NCBI GenBank assembly: GCA_963823665.1
Contig: CAWGMQ010000006.1
Span: 1,344,001-1,408,000, forward strand
Origin: an uncultured Planctomycetota bacterium
GTDB lineage: Bacteria > Planctomycetota > Planctomycetia > Isosphaerales > Isosphaeraceae
Direction of reading: 5' to 3'
Length of the DNA stretch: 64,000 nucleotides
Below the pieces are notes generated by a model. That model searched no databases and was not told where the DNA came from. It saw only the letters and a list, made by a program, of their open reading frames with translations. Shown here piece after piece: positions 42,278-49,703 of the stretch. The first letter of the stretch is position 1. Every line of letters begins with the position of its first letter. A program made the translations under genes and the position numbers.

Positions 42278-43504
42278 ATGTCCGGTTATGGACCGGACAG
42301 CGCGGCAGAGATGGCTCCGTGGCTCAAGTGTTCCGGTTGGTTAGCCAAGCGGCCCTGGCTCTTTCTCGCCCGGTTCAAGGGCGAGAGCTGGATTCATTGC
42401 ATCGCATCGAAGCCGGGGCTTGTTTCGCTCGAAACGCTCGGGCGCAGCAAACACTTGCAGATCCTCAATGCCGGGTTCGATCTGGGCGAAAATCGGACAC
42501 ACGCTCAGTATCACAACAAGGGAAACATCGCGGCCGAGCTCACGGCTGCCGGAAAAGCGAAAGATCCGCTCGGGGTGCACTCGTTCAAGTCATCGGTCCG
42601 AGTCAAGGCGTTTCTCAAGCAATGCAAAACGGTTCGACACGCGGTCGACGGCTTCTTCGCGGCGCAAGACGCAGTGCTACGCGTGTTATCAGTCATCGAA
42701 GTGAACGGACTTCTTGAGCTGCGGGACGGCCTTGGGCGAGCTGTGAGCGCGGGCGAGCTAGCCGAGATCGGAATTCGATACTTTGTACCGATCACGGCCG
42801 AGGAGGATCCGGCTGGAGTGCGGCTGCAAGCGGCGATCAACACGGGCGACGTGGAGGCGGCTCGCCAGGCGATCGCGTCGGGCGCAAGCCTTGAGTTCAT
42901 TCCTGACGAATTCCGCAGCCCCTTGAGCATTGCCTTCGATGATACGCACCCAGGAGACTGGCGCGGCGTTGCGAAGCTGCTCATCGAGGCCGGTGCACCC
43001 ATCGATGGCTATGATTGGGAGGAGTCGCTGATCTGTTCTCCGATCAAAAACTTGGGGAAGTACGAAGACTCGGTCATCAAACGCATGGAGGCGATGCTCT
43101 CGCTGGGGGCATCCATCGATTCTCGGGGACGGTTGCCTGCTGTAGGGTTCACACCGTTACATCTCGCCGTCGAGAAGAATCAATTGCAGGTCGTGCAGTT
43201 CTTGATCGACGAGGGGGCCGACCTCGACGCACGCGATGTGCACGGTCGCACGCCGCTGGAACTGGCGGAAGATCAGGCAAGTGATGATCTGGAGAAAGAA
43301 GCTGCTGGTGGTGCGAATGACGAGGCTTCCTCTAGCGAGGGAGTCAGCCCTGAATTGACGCCACTCGAACTCTTCGTCAGCAAGTATTCGAGAACGCCAA
43401 GGGAGAGCGCGAGACGACGAATTCAAATCGTGAAGCTGCTGCGAGAAGTCTACGCGCACCGCCAGGCCGACTCACACGGCCCGCCGGCTAAAGTGAAGAG
43501 GTAA
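42278..43504 (+). CDS. Ankyrin-repeat protein
   Basis: GFTPLHLAVEKNQLQVVQFLIDEGADLDARDVHGRTPLELA plus degenerate upstream repeats; start uncertain. Confidence 0.8.
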   Translation: MSGYGPDSAAEMAPWLKCSGWLAKRPWLFLARFKGESWIHCIASKPGLVSLETLGRSKHLQILNAGFDLGENRTHAQYHNKGNIAAELTAAGKAKDPLGVHSFKSSVRVKAFLKQCKTVRHAVDGFFAAQDAVLRVLSVIEVNGLLELRDGLGRAVSAGELAEIGIRYFVPITAEEDPAGVRLQAAINTGDVEAARQAIASGASLEFIPDEFRSPLSIAFDDTHPGDWRGVAKLLIEAGAPIDGYDWEESLICSPIKNLGKYEDSVIKRMEAMLSLGASIDSRGRLPAVGFTPLHLAVEKNQLQVVQFLIDEGADLDARDVHGRTPLELAEDQASDDLEKEAAGGANDEASSSEGVSPELTPLELFVSKYSRTPRESARRRIQIVKLLREVYAHRQADSHGPPAKVKR

Positions 43505-43514
43505 GGACTCAAAG

Positions 43515-43791
43515 AAGCCACAACGAAGTCTACGCCATCATCTTGCGGGTTCTTGCTTCGCACACTCAGGTCGATACGAGATGTGAGGATGAGGGAAGCC
43601 AATGCCTCGCTCCTCTCAGTGATGAACCAATTGCGGTCTTCCGACATTGCGTGCCTCCCAGACAGTCGAATGTCGGAAATTTGTCCCCGAGAAATCGCGG
43701 ACGAAAGTACGGCTCATTCCTTCCGCTCAGTTCTGTCACGATGATGACAAAAAATCGCCTGTCCGCGCTCGCCAATGCCGTCTTTGCTCAA
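43515..43791 (-). pseudogene. Two tandem 5' fragments of DUF4365-like genes
   Basis: IGERGQAIF...YFRPRFLGDKFPTFD (about 43655-43791) and WFITERSEALA.L.LT.R.DL...DDGVDF (about 43515-43647). Confidence 0.5.
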
Positions 43792-44081
43792 GTTCGTACC
43801 CCCGCCAGCACGTTACCCAATCTTTGCACATTGATCATAACGTCCCGGGGCCAAAGAGCACATCCAGGGACTACAAGCCACCCACCTTCCGCGAGCGACG
43901 GGTGCATGGCTGCACCTCGAAAGGTGGTTTCTGGCCTCGCCCCCTCGCCACATCCCTCCCTGACACGTTATCCTTCAAAGGTGGTCCGGCCCTTCAAACC
44001 GAATCCGCTCGCGAACGGTCGCGCACGGGCGTCCCCCACTCCTTGTTCCACGTACCGAGCCCCAGGCTCCCCAAAAGGAGA

Positions 44082-44480
44082 ATGCCGCATGACATCCATT
44101 CTGATCAAATCTTGCTCGATCTTCGCTCCACACTCGACGAGGTAAGACGCCTCCTCGCCGATCGTGCGCACCGCGACGCGCGCCGGAGGTTCTTCGTCGA
44201 GGGCGCGAGAAACGTCGTCCATGCCCTCGAGACCGGCTTCCACATTGATGCGCTCATCTACAGCTTCGCCTATCCTCGCCCGACAATCCTCGTCCTGGGC
44301 GAGGAGCGCGGAGGGCTCTCGCCGCTCCAGCGTGATCTCTGCTCGGACCTCGTTCGCATTCCAATGCTCGGTGTCGCTGACTCCCTGAATCTCGCCGTGG
44401 CCGGAAGCCTGCTGCTGTACGAGGTCTATCGGGCCAGGTCGGCCCACGACACGAGTGTTCGCCGATCCGAAGTACGTTAG
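44082..44480 (+). pseudogene. TrmH/SpoU methyltransferase, larger in-frame deletion (copy 2)
   Basis: Near-identical to 39857-40314 but DALIYS is joined directly to FAYPRP. Confidence 0.85.
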
Positions 44481-44500
44481 ATATCGCAGTGGGGTTGAGC

Positions 44501-44959
44501 ATGGGAAACGCTGTGAAGATCAGGGCGCTGACCGCTCCACCGGCTCCATTCGCCACATTTGACCCGGGCGAATACATGAGCGGATTGGACTTCTACGAAA
44601 CAGACAGCGCAATCAACGACCAGGATCGTGACGGCCTGGCGCAGTTCACACACTTCATTGCCTTCATTGCCCTCCAGGCAAACTCGAGCAAGTGGGCTGC
44701 GTCAATCGTGCCGCGGGGCTCGTTGGCTTATCGAGCTCTGGATTCACATTTCGGACACTTGAGCGGCTGGCGCGAACTCTCGGAGAATCACGGGTTGTCT
44801 TTTCGGCATTTGGCGAGCTTCCTGATGCAGGACTACCCCCCGCGTGCGCCAAAAGGTAAGCCGCCGAACCAGCCGGTGCAGCAAACGGCGACCACAATGC
44901 TGCTTCCCGGTCTCTCTCACGGTCCTCCTGACCCATCGACTCGTTTGGAAGTTCGCTGA
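44501..44959 (+). CDS. Hypothetical cassette-like gene reading through a broken attC
   Basis: Begins 25 nt after GTTAGAT; about 44708-44830 is duplicated at about 40337-40460. Confidence 0.5.
   Translation: MGNAVKIRALTAPPAPFATFDPGEYMSGLDFYETDSAINDQDRDGLAQFTHFIAFIALQANSSKWAASIVPRGSLAYRALDSHFGHLSGWRELSENHGLSFRHLASFLMQDYPPRAPKGKPPNQPVQQTATTMLLPGLSHGPPDPSTRLEVR
44863..44910 (+). mobile_element. Truncated attC (5' half)
   Basis: GCCGAAC-5 nt-GGTGCAGC, same layout as the intact site at 45434; no complementary arm. Confidence 0.55.
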
Positions 44960-45044
44960 TTGACCGGCCGACTTTGGCCCGTCATGATCAATGCGTTCGC
45001 GTGAGAGAATCACAAGTTCGGAGGCGCGAAGAAAAGGGGTTTGT

Positions 45045-45424
45045 ATGGAGCAGGTAGTTGGAATTGGCGGTGTATTCTTCAAAGCTCGCGATCCCAAGGC
45101 GCTCGCCGCCTGGTATCGCGAGCACTTGGGCGTGCCCGTCGAACCAGAGCAAACCTACGGGGCTTTCACGTCTGCCACGGCTGGAGAGCAGGCGGTTTGG
45201 TCTGCCTTCCCTGCCGACACCTCCTACTTTGGTTCGGGCACACAACCGTTCATGGTCAATTATCGCGTCCGGAACCTCGACGCCATGTTGGCCCAGCTCC
45301 GAGCTGCCGGGCGCAAGTAGACGACCGAGTCGAGGACTACGACTTTGGCCGGTTCGGCTGGGCGACCGACCCCGAGGGCAACCGATTCGAGCTATGGGAG
45401 CCGCGCCCACCCGGACAGGGGTAA
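45045..45424 (+). CDS. VOC/glyoxalase family protein (frameshift near 45312)
   Basis: VVGIGGVFFKARDPKALAAWYREHLG, FMVNYRVRNLDAML, FGRFGWATDPEGNRFELWEP. Confidence 0.92.
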
Positions 45425-45433
45425 GCGCACCGC

Positions 45434-45531
45434 GCCGAACCAATGGCTGAAGCTGACCGGGGCCGCCATCCTGGTTTTTCGAGCTTCAAAGTTCTTGCAG
45501 GCGGCCCCGGCAGCTTAGCCGAGCGTTCCGG
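45434..45531 (+). mobile_element. Integron attC recombination site
   Basis: R'' GCCGAAC, 5-nt spacer, L'' GCTGAAGC, long stem, L' GCTTAGC, 5-nt spacer, GTT; two unpaired bases in the left arm; starts 9 nt after the VOC stop. Confidence 0.85.
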
Positions 45532-45591
45532 AGGCGCGCGTGAGAATTGCATGCAACCCGCTGCGAGACGATTCAGCGGTTCTCAATCGCG

Positions 45592-45939
45592 CTACGGGAT
45601 CTCCACGCCTCGGGGCGCCGTGGTAAGGTGCTTGCGGCCGGGCTCGAGGGCGGCGACGAAGACCGAAAGCGCGGCCTTCGAATCGCCACCTCCGCAGGAG
45701 AAAATATCGAGAGCGATATATCGGTGCTCGGGGTAAGTGTGGAACGCGATGTGAGACTCCGAGAGGAGGAGGTAGCCCGTGAGGCCACCCCCTTCGAAGC
45801 GGTGCAGCACCGGAGGGCCGATCGGCTTCATCCCACCCCGACGCGCCGCTAGGTCGAGACAATCGGCCAGCAGCCCGCCATCGACCAGACGGTCGGAGGC
45901 GACGTCGTAAAGGTCGGCAAGCAAGTGTTGACCGATCAT
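45592..45939 (-). CDS. speD: Pyruvoyl-dependent S-adenosylmethionine decarboxylase family protein
   Basis: G.HLLADLY, H.F.GGGLTG.LLLSESHIAFHTYPE, LDIFSCG; strong AAAGGA RBS. Confidence 0.93.
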   Translation of the reverse strand: MIGQHLLADLYDVASDRLVDGGLLADCLDLAARRGGMKPIGPPVLHRFEGGGLTGYLLLSESHIAFHTYPEHRYIALDIFSCGGGDSKAALSVFVAALEPGRKHLTTAPRGVEIP

Positions 45940-46022
45940 CGACGATTCCGTCCTTTCCTCTTCCGGTCAGGAAATGCTCCAGGCAACCATCAGGCCGGCG
46001 GCAACGAATCTCGTGTGCAGCA

Positions 46023-47081
46023 TCACGGAGCGAGCCGACTGGTGGGTCCCTCCTCGACTGCCAGGTGCTGCAGGAAGGGAAGCATCGCATTGGCGATCCG
46101 GTCGTAGCTGTACAGGTCGTGTGCACCGGCGTAGACCCGGTTCGCGCCTCCAAATCGCCGCTTGAACTGCGAGAGCCGGCGGTACCTGTGGTCGGCCCGG
46201 TCGCCATGGGCGTCGATCCCATAAAGGTCGTACGTGGCGCAGCCGCGATCGATCGCCGAGGCCATGATGGCGGACTGAAGGGCGGAGGGCGCCATCACTT
46301 CGCGGTGTTCCCGGCGGCTGCCGCCGTAAAGGTACGTGGCGCGGGGGCCGAAGAAGACCGCGATGGCAGCGGCCAGGGTCTCGCCCCGGTACGTCGCGAA
46401 GAAGGCCGCGGCCATCCGGGCGGGGAATAGGATTGCCGCCAGGTCCATCAGGTAGCAAAGCGGCTCCGCGGCGAACCCCTGACGAGCAGCCGTCTCGACG
46501 AGCAGCGGATGGAACCGCGCGGCCGAGGCCGGGTCGGTCGTCACCTCGATTTCGACCCCGTGCCGCCTGGCGAGCCCGACATTGTACCTGCCTTTTGACG
46601 TCATCCGGATGAGGACGCCGGCCATCCCACCCGACAGGTCCACTTCGTTCGTCTCGAACGGGTCGAAATCGACGGGTGCGCGGACGAACCCACGCAGATA
46701 AGGCGGCAGTGGAGGAGCGAGACGGGGCTCGATCCGCCAGAGGATGCTGTCCGTCCGCCGACGCAGCCGGCACGCCTCGCGCCGGATCGCGGCGAAGAGT
46801 ACGGCGGCACGCTCCGGGTCATGCCAGGGCACGAGCGGACCTCCGGGCGTGACCAGGATGCCCGGCCCGTCGAGCGAGCGGGCGGCCTGGAAGATCGCCC
46901 CGCCCTCGATCCGGCCGTCGCGAAACCAGAGCCGCGGATAGACCTCGACCCCCTGGCGCGCCTGGAGCTCGGCCCAGGTCAGCGATTGCATGAACCCGCA
47001 TGCGGGGTTCTCACGCACCGCCCTTTCCCAGGCGTCACGGTACTCGTCGCTGAACTTGGTGCATTGGAGCGGGCCGGACAT
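46023..47081 (-). CDS. FemAB/FemX-type tRNA-dependent peptidyltransferase (double GNAT)
   Basis: FMQS..WAE, GGP, RIEP, KGRYNV.LA.RHGV, ETA.RQGF, ATYLYGGS, ALQ..IM..A..RGC..YDLYGI, FK.RFGG. Confidence 0.88.
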   Translation of the reverse strand: MSGPLQCTKFSDEYRDAWERAVRENPACGFMQSLTWAELQARQGVEVYPRLWFRDGRIEGGAIFQAARSLDGPGILVTPGGPLVPWHDPERAAVLFAAIRREACRLRRRTDSILWRIEPRLAPPLPPYLRGFVRAPVDFDPFETNEVDLSGGMAGVLIRMTSKGRYNVGLARRHGVEIEVTTDPASAARFHPLLVETAARQGFAAEPLCYLMDLAAILFPARMAAAFFATYRGETLAAAIAVFFGPRATYLYGGSRREHREVMAPSALQSAIMASAIDRGCATYDLYGIDAHGDRADHRYRRLSQFKRRFGGANRVYAGAHDLYSYDRIANAMLPFLQHLAVEEGPTSRLAP

Positions 47082-47093
47082 GGGACATCACCC

Positions 47094-48569
47094 CTACCGC
47101 GGCGTGCGGTAGTAGTAGTAGCGGCCGTTGTAGTAGCAATAGTAGTAGTGGTAATACGGATCGGAATACCAGTAGTAGTAGGGAGTGGTCACGGTCCCCG
47201 CACCTCCGGACACGTACCCGCCGCGCTGCTGCATCGGATACGCGCCACCTCCGAAATAGGTTCTACTTCCTGGGGGACTTCCGTGCCCCCCCTTGGCGTA
47301 GGCGGCCGTGGGCATGGCGGTCTGCGCGAGGACGAGTACGAGCATCAATACGCTAAAGAATCGCCAACCCCAGGTCGTGAAGTTGGCCACGGGATCCTCA
47401 CCTCGCGACAGGAACTCGCGGAACCGCTTCAGTTCGGCCACGAGCCGCCCGGGCAAGGCGGCGGCGCGGCGGAGCAAAGCCGAGATCAACCGCCCTAGAT
47501 CGAGCGTGCTTGCGGCCTGAACCAGGTGGCCCGCCCACTCCATGACCAGCTCGCGGGTGACGATCCGGTGACCCAGCGGCACGCACATCAAGAGATCGTC
47601 GATCCCGGTACCGGGCTGGCGATCGAGCCACCCTTTCAGCTTCAGGCTCGGGACGGTCGCGGTGGCCGGCTCAGGCGGCGGGAACGGGTCGTCGAACCCG
47701 AGGAAGCAAACCGTCTCCTCGGCTTCTCCCGGCGCGATCGTGGTCGCATCGAGCAGATACTCATAAAGCGTCCGCCCCGCGTCCGATGCGGGTCGGATCG
47801 TCGTCCGCTGGTCGGCCTGTTGCCGGGGGAATTCGAAGCAGTCCACGAGCCCGGGCCCGTCAAGAGTTCGCACGCCCTCTGGAATGGGTACCGAACGCAT
47901 CTCAACAGGTGTGATGGCTCGATCCGAGGCGAGGAAGAACCCCCAGACGCCATACCCCAGCTCGGCGAAGCTGGGGACGCGCGACCGGCCCGGGAGCGCG
48001 GCGAGGCCGGCCGAGCGGAGGCTCTGGTAGACGCACCAGTACGCCGCGGGGGTCTGGTCCGGCGAGAGCCCATTGAGGGCAAGGATGCCCCCGGGCTCCA
48101 GGTGCGCGCGCAGCTTCTGGAACCAGTCGCGTGTGAACAGACCGCAGTCGGCCAGGGTGCTGGGACAGGTCAGGTCCGAGAAGATCGCGTGGAACGAGCC
48201 GGCCTTCGCGAGCGCCTCCCGGACGTCGGCGACCTCCACGGCGACCCGGTTATCGGCGAGGCTCGACCCGTTCCAGGGGGCGAGCTCGGTGCCCGCAAGG
48301 GCCAGGACCTCCGGGTTGTAGTCGATCACGCGGACCGACGCGACTCCCTCATGCCGAAGCAGCTCGCGGACGAGCAGGCCGTCGCCGCCGCCGAGCACGA
48401 GCAGGTTAAGCGGCCCCTCGAACCTCGCCCGCGCGGCGAGCAGGGCGGGATTGGCGAGCCGCTCGTGGTAAATCGCTTCGTCGTCGGTGTCGAATTGAAG
48501 GTCGCCGCCAAGGTAAAGCCGCAGCCCTCCAGCGCGTCGCTCCAGGACGAGCGTTATGTGCAAGAACAT
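47094..48569 (-). CDS. Spermidine synthase-like aminopropyltransferase with a C-terminal TM/signal-like helix and Tyr-rich tail
   Basis: LYLGGDLQF...DE.IYHE, LVLGGGDG, IDYNPEV, SDLTCP, L.PGG, VPSF..WGF; GAAGGAGG RBS. Confidence 0.88.
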   Translation of the reverse strand: MFLHITLVLERRAGGLRLYLGGDLQFDTDDEAIYHERLANPALLAARARFEGPLNLLVLGGGDGLLVRELLRHEGVASVRVIDYNPEVLALAGTELAPWNGSSLADNRVAVEVADVREALAKAGSFHAIFSDLTCPSTLADCGLFTRDWFQKLRAHLEPGGILALNGLSPDQTPAAYWCVYQSLRSAGLAALPGRSRVPSFAELGYGVWGFFLASDRAITPVEMRSVPIPEGVRTLDGPGLVDCFEFPRQQADQRTTIRPASDAGRTLYEYLLDATTIAPGEAEETVCFLGFDDPFPPPEPATATVPSLKLKGWLDRQPGTGIDDLLMCVPLGHRIVTRELVMEWAGHLVQAASTLDLGRLISALLRRAAALPGRLVAELKRFREFLSRGEDPVANFTTWGWRFFSVLMLVLVLAQTAMPTAAYAKGGHGSPPGSRTYFGGGAYPMQQRGGYVSGGAGTVTTPYYYWYSDPYYHYYYCYYNGRYYYYRTPR

Positions 48570-48999
48570 ACATCTCCTCCTTCCGCGTTAGTTCCGATCA
48601 AACCCAATCCAATTACTGTGCGTTGCGAAAACAACTGATGTGGCCTCCTCGGCCTCCTCGGCGGAGACGAAGAGCGGTCCCCGATCGAGGATGGCCGTCG
48701 CGCAGGAGGCAGAGCCGGCGTGTCCCCCGGAACAGCACAACCCAACCCCCGGGGGTGGAGTAACGAAGGCGGGTCGAGGAGCAAGAGGAAGAACAGGATC
48801 ATCGGAGGGACGCCGGGTTCGCCAGGCTGATCACCCTCCCTACAACCAGTTCGTCCCGCGTCGGTGTTTTGTGCGAGTGTTTCGCGAGATTTTCATTCTC
48901 AAGGCTTAAGTTCCGGGGACACCAGACGTAATTCTCACAGCCAGCATGAATGAGCTTCGCCGAGGTGGCGGCGGCCGCGCTGGCATACGACACGAACGG

Positions 49000-49113
49000 T
49001 TAGCCTCTGCCCCGCACCAATTGCATGATCGCCGCCCTGACATCCGGCGTCACGTAGTGCCATTTCGCGACCAGTTCCTGCAGTGCCTCCTCACTGCAGA
49101 CATCGTGATTCAT
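49000..49113 (-). CDS. 37-aa small ORF (L..LV..W....PDVRAAIM.LVR)
   Basis: Below the ORF-track cutoff; resembles a short motif often seen beside planctomycete integrated elements (from memory). Confidence 0.35.
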   Translation of the reverse strand: MNHDVCSEEALQELVAKWHYVTPDVRAAIMQLVRGRG

Positions 49114-49703
49114 CGGATTGGCTCGGAGAGTTGCCCTTGGTCGAGTCAGGCGCGAATGGCACGCTCACTGGCATGGTTTTGTCCAGAGCTATTCGGCTCG
49201 CATGAAGCATGCATTTATGCGTCTCTCTCACGATTTGAAACGACAGATCCAACCCCCGATTTCGTGCGTCGTTGATAGCAGTACGCGCAGCCGCTGCCCG
49301 ATCCCACGCATGTCGATTTCAGTGGTGAATTCCCGAAGGGCGTTTTTCCCGAGCAATTCGTCGCTCACCCTCCAAACGACCGCGCCGTCGCGCGGCCCGC
49401 TGCGTCGATCTGGGCAAAAAATGCACCCTCCTCGCTTTGTTTGCCCGTATCCCCGACGCGCGTCCGTGTCCGTGCCGAGCAACGCAAGCTCTGCCGGAGT
49501 CCAACGAAGGAAAAACGCGGGAACCCCGATCCGCTCTCGCTTGGCGTGAACGCAGGATGGAGTCCTTCCGAAGTTGAGTTTAGCGCCTGCGACCCCCCTG
49601 TGCCGATTCGATGGGCGTCGTGCATCGGCATTTCGCAGATTTGCGCCTGCGCATGAGCCCGAATTCCGAGGAGACCATTCGCCTCACACTCAAATTCCAT
49701 CGC

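Noticed and set aside
48570..48900. SAM or polyamine riboswitch upstream of the speE-like gene
   Set aside because: No SAM-I/II consensus recognisable by eye; needs an Rfam scan.
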